Assembly (NCBI GenBank): GCA_003693705.1
Contig: RBZT01000989.1
Location: forward strand, 9,656 to 73,655
Direction: 5' to 3'
Source of the DNA: Polymyxa betae A26-41
Lineage: Eukaryota; Protista; Endomyxa: Phytomyxea
Length of the DNA: 64,000 nt
Position numbers and translations under genes: made by a program. Shown here piece by piece: positions 1 to 19,800 of this stretch. Positions within the stretch are counted from its first letter, which is position 1. The number at the start of each line of letters is the position of its first letter. The notes below the pieces were generated by a model that was given only the letters and a program-made list of their open reading frames with translations, had not been told where the DNA came from and ran no database searches.

Positions 1-772
1 TTTTGTACTCTGCTCGATTTTAGATCTTAGCATTACGTAATTCTGCACGACAACATTGATGACTATTTGCTGCTGTCAGAAAGCGATTTAGCTCTTCAAA
101 TTCCTCAAGTGAATTTGGCTCGAAGTCGACAAACCCCGACTACTTTTGAAACCTCGTTAATGACATCCGAAGAATTTCGACATCTAACAATTTCAAACGC
201 CGAATGAAATATTTTGATTCCACTCTGAGCTGGAGCTCGATCACGATCATCAACATATTCCTTTCCATCCAAAGGCTTTTTCAAAAAAATTTAGGAGATT
301 TTGTCATCTAAACCGAATCTCCTTGACCACTACTGCAGCTGGCTTCTAAGTAACATTACTGCAATGATGTGAGAGCCATTCACTACTGTACAAACAGTCA
401 ATGAAATATTGCTTTCGGGAATTAAAAAATGATCCCAAAGCAATCTGCATCTGAGGAAAGTATGCTTTGGTGTCATCAAGTGATCAAATCAGTCGTGCAT
501 AATATTATTATGGTGCTCAATCAGAAACAATCCGAACCGTTTGGAGAAACGTGAATTATTGCAATAAATTAATTTAATAGTGATATGGTTCATATAACAT
601 GTCAGGCAAAACGGTAGAGAACTATAGGCGGGCAGAGTGCCATCAGAATAATCCTACTCATCTCTTGTGTTTTGTTGAACGATTCTGATTTCCTACCGAT
701 TTGCATCAGGAAAAAATGCGCGGCGCGGCCCGAAAAGGGGGGATTTCTGATTGCATTCGGTACAGGTGCCGA

Positions 773-853
773 CCAATCCGCCCAATCCGGTGCCATTGAT
801 AGACTTGCGTAGTGATTAAGTCGATGTCCAATTGACTTTCACAGAAGCCCAAT
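773..853 (+). promoter_or_regulatory. CCAAT-box cluster upstream of the CHD gene
   Basis: CCAATCCG occurs twice (773-780, 782-789), with further CCAAT at ~828 and ~849, within 160 bp of the ATG. Confidence 0.4.
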
Positions 854-931
854 TATCTCCCTATCTGGACGCCGACAGGGGCGTTCATTGCTCTAAAATA
901 ATTCCTGCTCCAGTGTTAATCAGATATCTGG

Positions 932-7211
<6,280 letters not shown>

Positions 7212-7867
7212 AGCAGTCGATTCGGTGTTTAAGATTTGCTGGATTCATTGCTGAGCAAGTCAATTGTGCGTCATATTAATTTATAAAGTAATTCCAGTGT
7301 ACTTTATTATCTGCTGGTATTAAGTGAACATCAGTGTTAAAATGAAGTTTATCTTTCAATACATCTGTCATATGTCAATTGAATGTACTGACTACAGTAC
7401 ACCAGCTTTGATCGCTGACATTTCCCAAAAGTTGCATGAAATCACCTACGGAGTTGGGCTGTTCCACGGTGTCCGTCACGCATTCGGTTGGAATCGGGTT
7501 CCTTGAGAAATTTTAATTCTGGAGTGGCTGGCGCTCTCTAAAGGTGGCATCAATCTGGAATGCAAAATGCAGGACAATTTCCTGTATTCGTTGCTATCTA
7601 ATAGAGCCACTGCACCTGATTATATTCGCCAATTGAAATCAATAACGGTCAGTTACATCATTCAAAAGCTTAATGAGGAGGATTGAAACTGAGAAATATT
7701 TAGAATAACGATGTGAGCTTAATCAATAGAATCGCTCACCTGGGGCTCATGTTTCCTCATTTATCTAATATTATCTGCGACCAACTTCCAGATCGAATTG
7801 ATTTGTCTCATAATGGGTAACCTATAGAGCAGACGCCCATATCGACATCTCTTAACAATTTGTTAGG

Positions 7868-10800
7868 ATGACTTCATCGTTAGTGGCTCTACTACAGAGT
7901 GGGCTTCCATACAAACGAATCGTTCCTCTTATAGACAGCTGTGATCTTCTCTCTCGCAGCCACAACGATCCCGATTCTAAGCGCGCTCTGCTTTTGTCAT
8001 TGAAGATTTCAGAACCGAACGTCATTTATCATGACGAACGCCTCTGGCAGCCTGCCATCAATCGGCAACATACTGCCCGCGTACCATGCACGCCTTCGTC
8101 GCTGGTCGTGCTGGATCATCTGGTCCAGGCTCTAGAGTCACTACAGAATGCATATGATGCATCATTGCCGATATTGATATCTGGTCCTGGATCGTGCGGG
8201 AAATCTTCGTTGATTGATGCATTCGTGTCTACATTACCGACATCAAATCTGACTCGATTATTTATTGATAGCGGGACGGATTTGAAATCATTAATTGGAA
8301 CATATTCATGTACAGAAGTTGCTGGACAATTCCGATGGGTTCCAGGGCCTATTGCATTAGCTGCTTTTAATGGTACTAATGTCGTCATCGAGGTACTTGG
8401 GAAACCCTAAAACCCTAGACCCTAACCTCACCTTTCTCGTCAGGATTTGGATCGCGTCCCCGTTGATTTGATTCAGTCGTTACGTTCACTATTAGAATGT
8501 CGCCTATTGACAATACCAGAGCTTGGTCAGACCATACAAGCCCATCCTAATTTCCGTCTATTCGCCACAAGATCAACCTCAACTACCTCTTCATTCCCAC
8601 TTCATGCTCTATTCGCCAAGATCACACTACCAGCTTTGTCACTTTCAGATCTCCAACAAATCATCAGCAACCAGTTTGAATCACTTCGTCCTCATCTCCA
8701 TCTCATCCTGCAAACGTACGCAACGGCGATCGCTGCGAATAGCGCCATTGGTGTTCGTGCCCTGCTTCGTCTCATTCGACGACTTGATCACATGCAGATT
8801 CCACAACGATTAACATCACATATTCGTGAACAGATCGTTCAGCATGTTCATGTCTGTCTTGTTATCAATATGATGCCATCAGATGCACGTAATCAGCTCT
8901 CAGCTGCATTGGCCCAGATCTGGACCATCGACGATCGCAGAAACCATTTCATTCTGCACGAACAAGTCCCGGAGACTGCACCGAGGACGCCCTCGCTGGC
9001 GCCGACCTCGTTCGCTCGCCGACTTCTCTGGCGTCTTTCAGGTGCTATTGAACAGAATGAGCCTGTTCTATTAGTAGGAGAGACAGGTAATGGGAAGACC
9101 GTCATTATCGAGGAGTTGGCATTACAGCATGGACGACGTCTTGTAGTTGTAAATCTATCACAACAGACAGATCCACAAGATCTTATTGGTGGATTTAAAC
9201 CTATTGAGCTCAAATCAACTGCTATTCCCATACTGAATCAGTTCGCTTCATTGTTCCCCAAAACATTCTCTCGCTCAAACAATGTCCGTTTCTGTTATCG
9301 CTTTTGCGTTTTATTGCCTGAAATTCGTGTTTATTTCAATGTCAGTACCGTCACTGAAAGCTGATTGCCATTTAGGTCTCGTTCTTGCAATCTATAAGAA
9401 AGGCTTTCGAAGATGGGCGGTATCGCTCTCTGGCCACGATGCTTTTGTCTTGCTGTGAAATGGCTCTTGGGCGTGAATGTCGTCATAGCAAGCAATGGGT
9501 GCAATTGCAGGTAAGAGATTTGTCATACAATCAGATGTTGAGATGACACATATTGTTTTAGGACGATGTAGAGAAGTATCTGGGTCAAGTTCGGCATCAT
9601 GAATCTGGAGCTTTATCATTCGGATTTGTAGAAGGTGCTCTAACTCAGGCACTTCGTAATGGTGATTGGATTCTGCTGGATGAAATCAATCTGGCTTCAG
9701 CTGATGCTCTGCATTGTCTCTCATCTTTATTAGAATCTGCATCATCATCATTAACATTATCAGAACATGGATCTGAACATGTTCCAAGACATGACGCTTT
9801 CCGTCTATTCGCTTGCATGAATCCACCAACCGATTCATGTCGTCGTCCACTTCACCCGACTTTCCGTCAACGGTTCTTGGTGCTATTCATTGATGATGTC
9901 ACTGAGAAGAACGATCTATTGGCCATTGTTCATCATATGCTACCGACATTACCGAAATCAATTGATTCACAAGCAATAGTGGATGCGTATCTGAAGTCCA
10001 GAGAGATGGCTCTGAATCATGTCTTATCTAGTGATGAAGGTCTAGGGTTTAGGGTTCCTCTATGTTTTACTGACTCGTGTTTATCAGAGGTTGGTGAACG
10101 TCCAACATATTCACTACGAACATTATGTCGTGCATTAAAATATGCATATGAAACACATAGTACATTAACATTAGAGAGAGCTCTTTATGAAGGTCTTCAG
10201 CTCGCCTTTATTACACCACTTGATCCACGTTCAAGATTATTGACCTCTCCTATGTTCGACTCCATCGTCCGACCTGAACGACGTCGTTTTCAAAACCAGA
10301 ATCTATCAGGTACTGGAATTTGACTGTTTGTTAATCTATCTGTTTGACGAGTTTCTAGACGACTTTGTTGAGATCTGCGGGTTCCCATTACGTCGTGGTC
10401 CGAATCCGATTGATGACGTTATCGGTGATGATTTTATTGTGACGGAGACTGTCAGTGGACGATTACGAGATCTAGCTCGAGTATTAGCTGGATCTACACC
10501 ATTACCTGTTCTACTTCAAGGTCCAACATCAGCTGGGAAAACCAGTCTGGTCGAGTATCTGGCCAGGCGTACTGGACATCGTCTCATTCGTATCAATAAT
10601 CATGAACATACTGATACTACTGAATATCTCGGGACATATTCGACAGATCCAGCTACAGGACGTCTGGCTTTCATTGAAGGTATGTTGTATCGATGATGTT
10701 ATAGCTGTAGAGTGTTCATGTTGGTCTGTAAAGGTGCTCTGGTTCGTGCTGTACGTTATGGATATTGGCTCGTATTAGATGAACTCAATCTTGCACCATC

Positions 10801-13800
10801 TCAAGTATTAGAAGCACTTAATCGTCTACTTGATGATCATAGACAGTTATATATTGCAGAGACACAAGAGACTATTACTGCACATCCATCATTTGCTCTA
10901 TTTGCTACTCAGAATGTAAGATCCCTCTCATTCGAGCACAACATTCTAATATCGTGATACTCAGCCTGCTGGTGGCGCTTACGGCGGTCGTAAAGTGCTA
11001 TCACGAGCGTTCCGGAATCGATTTATTGAGATTCATGTTGGTGATATCCCGACCCAGGAGCTCGCTATTCTCCTTGAAAAACGAGGTCGAATGGCTCCAA
11101 GTCATTGCCGTAAGATCATCAATGTTATGATCGACCTACAGAAACGTCGTCAGCAATCTCGTGTATTTGCAGGTCAACAAATGATGCCGACCTACAAGCT
11201 CTCAATAGATTGACCTTTGTCAATGTAGGAAAGAGCCTGATTACAGCTCGAGATCTGTTCCGATGGGCTCTTCGTCAACCGGTCACCATCGATGATATCG
11301 CTGCCCATGGATACCTTCTATTCGCTGATCGTCTTCGTTCTGCTGCCGATCGTGAAGCTGTTCGTTGCTGTCTGATCTCCAACCTCAAAGTAACTGCGAC
11401 TCACCTCCATCTTATTCACGTAATCACATTCCACAGGTTAAGGATTTGAATCCGGATGTTGTTTACAACCAGCTGTTGCCGTCTGGGCTGGATCTATCGA
11501 GTTTCGGGGTTGCATTAACATCATCTATGCGACGTATGCTGGCTCTATGTCATGCTGGTCTATATGCAAAAGAACCCATTCTATTAGTTGGTGATACTGG
11601 ATTGGGTAAGACTACTGTATGTCAAATATTAGCACAAGCTGCTGGACGTCATTTACATATTGTTAATGTTCATGAACATACTGATGCATGTGATCTTATT
11701 GGAGGTTTACGACCTGTTAGAGGTAACAAACATCGATGAGAATATCGGGTTTCAGTGTTCTTAATCGATGGGTCAGGTCGTCAGCTGCTTTTAGACCAAG
11801 CTCAGGAGGCATTACAAAGAGCTGGTGTCATTGTTAACGATGTATTAGATGATGGTGTTCTGGATCGTATAGTTGGTGATGGAGCTGAAGCGGAAGCAGC
11901 TCGAACTGCTGTTCGTCAGCTGAACTCTCTCTTTGAATGGGCTGATGGACCTCTTGTAACTGCTATGAAGAATGGAGACTGGATCTTGATCGATGAGATC
12001 TCATTAGCAGATGATGTAATCTCAATTCTAATGGTTGGAGGTGTCTGATCATATCTCAGGCGGTTATTGAACGATTGAACTCGGTTCTGGAGCTTGGTCG
12101 GTCTTTGCTTCTGGCCGAGAAAAGCGATGCCGATCTGATTGTGGCGGCGGATTCGTTCCGAATTTTGGCGACCATGAATCCGAGCGGTGATTTTGGAAAG
12201 AAGGTGGCTGACAATGTGTTGTGATCGTTAATCATGAGCTTATGTAATATCAGGAGCTATCACCGGCATTAAGGAATCGATTTACTGAGATCTGGTTCCC
12301 ATCTGAACATTCTCATCATGATCTTCAACTGATTATTAACGATCTCACCAATGACGACGACATCTTCAACGATCAATGTCGCAATGCCATATTCAACTTT
12401 TACATTCGTTATCACGACGAGTGTGTTCAGAACCAGCGTGATCGGCTCTCGATCCGCGACCTTAAATCGTTGATCTCCTTCATCGACTGCGCTCGACGAC
12501 GATGCCAATTGTCGATCTCGATGAGTTTCATTCATGGCGTTCTGTTAAATGTTATTGATGGTCTTGGTATTGGTACACAAGCGTCCAGTTTACATCAACG
12601 TCGTTCTGCTCTGCAGATCGCCCTCGATTCCATCCAAGATGATACGATTGTCTCTCACATCGACCTTCAAGATTGCTGTATTTCAATGCCGTCCGAGTTC
12701 ATGATGTCCAAAGATCAGTTCGGTCTGGACCCGTTCTGGATTTCATCGGGACCCAATCCGCCCCGCCCGACGTCGTTCTCGACTTCAGCACCGAGCACGC
12801 GACGTAATCTAATTCGTGTTCTACGTGCAATGCAGCTGAAGAAGCCGATCTTGTTGGAGGGATCTCCTGGTGTTGGTAAGACGTCGCTGATCACATCGTT
12901 GGGATCCAGCTCTGGTCATGATCTCATCCGCATCAACCTATCAGAACAGACTGATATGATGGATCTTCTTGGATCTGATCTTCCAGATCCAGATGGACGT
13001 CCTGGTAGATTTCAATGGAGTCCTGGACCATTCTTACAAGCTATTATCAATGGATATTGGGTATTATTAGATGAACTCAATCTCGCATCACAAACTGTTC
13101 TTGAGGGACTCAATGCTGTTCTCGATCATCGTGCAACCGTCTTCGTACCGGAACTGTCACGATCGTTCCAATGCCATGAATCGTTCCGTGTGTTTGCTTG
13201 TCAGAATCCGGTTCACGAAGGCGGTGGTCGCAAGTCGCTACCGGCATCGTTCTTGAATCGATTCACGAAGGTTGCTCTGGTTCACTGAATGTTTCAACGG
13301 ATTCCTGAGACCATGTTTATACAGGTTCATTTGGAAGAAATGACACGAGATGATCTCGATATTATTCTGCAGCAAACATGTCCTGGATCTGATCCACGTC
13401 TGATTGAGTTCAATAATATGGTTCATCATAGAGCCTGTGTAGTTCGTGATTTAGGACAGATTGGAGCACCATGGGAATTCAATATTCGTGATGTATTCAG
13501 GTCTGTTAAGTATCAATCATATAGTATGGGCTGATAGTAATGTCTGTATATAGATGGGCCCAGATATCATCTAATAAGACTGATCTGGGTCTCGATCTCG
13601 TCTATCTACAACGATTTCGATCCAGTCATGATCGTGATCTTGTTACATGTTTATATGAGAATGTATTTAATCAAGATCCTATTCGTGTCACCCATCCTCT
13701 CATTGATATTAAACCCGATCTTATCACCTTCACCGACCTGAAGTCTGGCCTTGTACGCCAATATCCTCGCTCATGCTCTGTACCTACTGATAACTGTCTA

Positions 13801-16800
13801 TTACTGCAAGGCATGTCTGGTCCATTACTTCATCTATCTGAAGCCATTCTATCTAATATGCCTGCTGTTATTATTGGTGCATCATGTAGTGGTAAAACCT
13901 CATTAGTGAGATTATTATCTCAATTATATCAACATCCTCTGTATATATTTCCTGTTACTACTACACTTGATGCTAATGAACTATTAGGATCATTCGAACA
14001 GGTTAGATCATGTATCATGCTGTAATAAGAGTCAGCTCATTCATTATTTAATAGATTGATCTGGGACGATGTCGGAAACGCATCTGGGATCTGGTCCGAG
14101 AACGTCTTCAATGGGCGGCCAGCCGTGATCAACTCACAGCAACTACTATGCAGATATGGGACGCCATACAGCTACGTCAAGATCGGACAGAATGCAATCG
14201 TGAGGAGGTCGTCCTCTTATCTCAGCTCAATTCTTGTCTGCAGCTGGGTATTGATCAAGATTTGAATCAACTCGAGGATCTCGTCGTTAACGGTGCGTCA
14301 TGTTGCATGAATTTCTTGGATGCACATTGGCATATTGGCCTTCATAGATCCATTGTTAAATTGATGATACAGGAACTGCTGGAAGGTTTCAATGGGTCGA
14401 TGGTATTGTTGTTCGTGCTATCAAAGAAGGCGCCTGGCTCCTCCTTGATAATGCCAATCTCTGCTCAAATTCGGTTCTGGATCGATTAAACTCGCTTTTG
14501 GAACCTGAACGTATTTTGATGCTGAACGAGAATGGTGTCGGTGAACGAATTGTGGCCCATCCTCAATTCCGTTTATTTCTTACTTCTGATGATCAATATG
14601 GTACATTATTGTCTTCTGTGTTTGTTGAGACGTTCATGGTCTAATCGGTTCATTAGGTCAGCTCTCTCGAGCCATTCGTAATCGTTGCGTTGAGATCGCA
14701 TTGATTAATGACGACAAGATCCCTGAACATGATCAATGGCATCATCGATATACAGATCATGATCTCATTCGTTTAATTGTCAGTTATTATTACCAGAAGT
14801 ACATTGTATTGAACTGTTACTGAATATATTATTGTATTATATAGATGAAATCTGGAATCAGTTGGTCACCATTAGCTCATGTAATGTTACATACACATGA
14901 ACATCTCCTTCAACAAGATCATCATGGTCGTATACAGCTATACTCATTATTACATTGGGCACAGCTGGCTTCAGGTCAGGTTCGGCGTGGTGCTGGTCCC
15001 ATACCCGCTCTGGTCTCCGCTTTAAAACAGGTTTACGACGTTTCTGCCGATGATATCAAACAGTTCTGTGAGCGTTGTTCCTCGCTCTCTGACGATCTTG
15101 TTGCTGGACCATACAATGGGTTTATTGATATTGATGTTGGTGAACGTCTTCATCAACTTATTGGATTCTGGACAACACCTTCATCTACATTAATGATACA
15201 ATCACAATTAACAATGTCATTGATACCAAGACATCATCATCCAACATCCACCAGATCGCTATCTATCGTGGTCCAGCATTGCCCTCGACAATATTTATCC
15301 CATCTCCAACAACGTCATACTCTCTTACACAGGTCGGTACTGGCCCCTTCCCACCTGCCTTGCTGTGACCGCGCTTCTGACACGAATCTGTTCAGTTTAT
15401 TGGGTGATCAGCTGCCCCGATATCCAATCTGGAACGAATTCCTGACCTCGACGAATGTCTGGACCTCGATGCGGTCATGGACTGGAACGAACTCGTCTCA
15501 ATGTCTGTATTTGGGTCTGCTTATTGATGGTCTCGTATCTGGTGATGCTGGACATAAACCTGTTCTAATGAAATATCGTCCTGGATCTGGACCTGATGTA
15601 GAACTTTTATCTGCCACATTGATATCATTAGGTATTGCCTGTTCGTAATCAATATTCTCTGTTCATGAACTGACGATCAACCCGTGTCTAGATAATGCAT
15701 TATTACAATCCCATATGCAGGATATTACAGATCTAAGCCAATGTTGGCGTCTACGAGACCGATTACGACAGGCTGTTAAGAATATCTCTCAATGGACCGA
15801 ATCAGATCTGGGATCTGTTCACATTATATGTCGCGATCTTATTAAATTAATACCCAGCGAATGGCATCATCTCCGGGCTCTGCTCCAGAAATTAGGTCAG
15901 TTCGATTGCCGTCGTACTGGCTCGCTCTCTGATTCGTTGCCCATCAATATAGCATCTGCGTCCTGTGGTGGATCAAATTTATCTACATCGAATAGATTCT
16001 GGAAGATGTCAGGACGTCCTCAATTGCCAACGAATTCCGATCTGGCTCAACTTCGTGCTAATATATTACAGTTAGATCATAGAGAGGATATGACCTCTAT
16101 TGGTATGACATCACCATATCACTTAAACCGGGCTATAATCGTGATCAGATCCAGATTTACGTCGTACATTGGTTGAAGCTCTGTCAACGTGTTACGCGTA
16201 TCATGATCTACCAGATCAGATTCCTTCATTATGCGATGCTGTTCGAATCGCTCTCCAGTCTGGTATTCGCCGTCGCTGTCAATCTCTGTGTTGTTCCTCA
16301 TCGATTGATCCAGGACAGACACGATCGCCTGCATGCGCGGATTCGTTCACGATCCGTGTATCGGGTGCCGATCATGATGAAGATGCTGTTGCTGTAGAAG
16401 AAGAGATCGAGATTGACCCGCCCTCTATCAATACCAATTGTCTTCATCAATGTGGACGTTTAGGTTATTGATTCAAATATCACAACGATGGATATCTGAA
16501 CCCTGCCTTTAGTCAACGCCTTCCTTCGTGTCATTGGATCACGTCTGCTTGCAGATCAGTACGGTGACCGAGATCAGATTGGTCACATTGCAGCCGATAC
16601 TTTAGACCTGGCTCTTCAATATCCGTCTCGATCATGTTATGATCTGGAGCCATTTCAGACCCTATCATGGTCTGGTCAGATGGATGTAATTTCATACTGG
16701 AACTTTACTATGTATTATATAATGATATTGTTATACAGGTTCATATTCGACATCGTTTAGAACGAGGTCATCTCAGTTCCATATTGAGATCAGGACATGA

Positions 16801-19800
16801 GACGGCATCCAGTACCATTATTGACAACGTTTTGAGATCCGTTCAGACTCCATTACGACGACGTCAACATCATATTGATACATTAAATCGACTTGTTCAA
16901 CTTCATTGGAAATGTAACTCGCGGTCATCGGTCGCTGTCCATCATCACAACGGCAACGACGTCGCTTCCCTGACATCCGCTCTGCTGGCGGTTGTATCTG
17001 TGTTCTGTCCTTCCATCAAAGATCTTGGACAGATCGCCGACGTCTACAGCTCTAAAGATGAACGATTTGTTCAGGTCGGTGATTTTGAATTGTTGCACAT
17101 CTGGTATTGATTGTGTGAAAGGTGATGAGATGGTTCCTGACACCGTTATTGGAGGCCATTGAATGTCGATCTGTTCAATCTGGATGGGTTTTATTAAGAG
17201 CCATTCGATTACATCTAGTTGCACCTAGTAGTGCATTAGATCCAGCATTAAAATATGATATTCGGGCTCGTCATGCACAATATGATCTCAATCAGATCGA
17301 GAATCATCTCGATCTACATCGATTAACATATCGATACTTAACAGGAACTGATTATCACGATCACCATCTTATTAATACTGAACATGAACTCAGTCAACAA
17401 TTGGATCGGTACGACCCCTATAGATCCAACGTTTCCAATTTCGCTGCTCTGATACATGTTTCATTAACAGAGCCCGATCTCGTCTTGTAATCCGATGCGA
17501 GCCAGGACATTTCGCTCTCGTGTACGCCCGTATTCAAACGATGCTGGCGACTTTAGCGTCAGCTGAGCGCATTCTGTTGTTGGTGTCAATGAACCTGAAT
17601 GATGATGATCGGGAACATTGGCTGGAATCTGCTGAGACATTCGTCATGGATATTCAATCAACATCAATAATGTATTCATATGAGGATGTATTATCACCTG
17701 TAATATGACACTCTATATATGATCCATCATACATTAACTGAATATTCAGGTTCTGATTGAGCTCATGCGTATCTGTACTCTTATAAGATCACCTCTTCCA
17801 TCATCAAAATCCACAATTAATCAGATCGTGACATTACATGATCAGTCCGGTGACATTATTGACAGGTTATGTTCTGGATCTGGACTTAATCTATCTGCCA
17901 TCAAGTATGCATTATGGCTGTATCTGACCTCCTCTTGTCTGATTCCTGCTTGTTTCTAGGCTCATTGTGTCACATTTATCGGAATCGCCTCGGTCTCAGG
18001 CTCGATCGGATCGGTTGAAGATCGCTCTTGGCGGTCTTGTTCGCATTTGGAACCGTCTTGAAGAACGTCGTCGTGAGAAAGCAGCAGATGCTGAACAACT
18101 TTATCGATTTAAAGAGTCCGGTGGCGTTGCTCCTAACGATGAACAACGCCGGCAGAATCTTCATGACGCCCTGTTCCCTTCGTTTCGTGAAGATATCGCT
18201 GATATCATTCCCGATATCAATGAGAATCCTTTCGCTGCCGATGACAATCATGAGACGACCACTGAACCTGAATGTATTGAACGACTTCATGATATCGATC
18301 TTGTGGAGATATTTGAATTCTATCTGCGATCATTACCTACTCGTTCATCACCATCATACACTGATCAGGATCTGAGCCAGGCCCGATCTCGTGCCGTACT
18401 GGCTCTGCTGGACAAATACCGACCCGATCTTACAGATGATTCCGCTCTATGGTTGACATGCTGCGATCTGATTCAGGGACAGATTCGAGATTTGACACAA
18501 CGACGTCCGAATCAGGATGATTCCGTGAATCAGGGCGTGTTCGCAGAGGCGTCCGTCTCGGCGTCCGAATTAGAGCCGTTGCAGGTATCTACGAGTATCT
18601 TATCTCTGGATATTTCATCTCTGAAATCTGCCAGGTTGTGATAACCGCCCTCCTACGACGTCTTCGTGATTTACTGAATTTGGATGAATGTCGTGGTCAT
18701 CCAACATTAATATCATGTGTACGAATATGTTCTAGATTAATGTCATTACCTATTACTTCATCCATACTTCGTTTATGTGCATGTTCGGAGCAAATACTCG
18801 CTGAGGTCCGTCTCCTGAACTCAACGATTTCTTTTCCATCTGATCGCTCTCTATTTCAGGCCAATAAATGGCAGCAATTCGCTGCTAAATACGTTTCGCT
18901 CGAGAATGAACTGAAGCCATTATGGGCTCTTGTTGTACGATGGCGAAAGATGGAATTAGAATGTTGGCGTCAGGCCCTATCTGGTAATAACACTGCTACA
19001 CATTTATATTCCATATTCAAATGCTTTATTGTTTGTAAGGTCGAGATCAGGCTGTATACCGACGTGCTGTACGTTTATGGCCCCATCTGATCCAGCTTAT
19101 ATCAACATATGATCAACATGATCCAGAGGAGGTTTTCATCGCTCTGGATCAATTCATTCATGTATGTAACATTACCATTGACATCTCTTTATCTGATATA
19201 TTGTGATCTTAACAGACCGCATCGGCTGGCGAACTTCCAGTACGGCTACAGATGATGTCTTCGTTGACAGAGATCGCCCATGGTCCTGTACGGGATCTGG
19301 TCCAGAATTTGGCCGCTTTCTATACCATTGTCATGGAGCGCTCATTGAAACCGCACTTCGACCAATCCAGGAAACAGACTGAGACCGATCTCGTGAATCT
19401 GACCCGGTTCGTTATTCTATTTGACAATAATTAATGGCCTCTCTCTGATCTGTATCTGAATATGTTTGTAGAATGGTACGATGGGACTTGGCTAATTATC
19501 ATGCATTACGACAATCATGCCAGAAATCTCATAATCAACTCGTTCATGCTCTTGATAAATATGATGATATATTAAATCAACCAGCTGGTCGATATCTCAT
19601 CGAATATCAAGAAAGATTCCAACGACCTGATCTAATCTGGTCATGTCAAATTAAGGTCGTATGTTCAATTCGTTTCTTGTACAGTTACCTGATGTCTATA
19701 CAGGATGATATGAGAGATGTGATGAAGGGTCCATCACCACAAAGAAGATTAGCTAGAAATATGCTCTATCTGATGAAGAAATCATTACCAGATCTATGTC

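Noticed and set aside
1-500. Possible minus-strand gene fragment at the window start
   Set aside because: Short open stretches exist, but I found no consistent splice model or recognisable motif.
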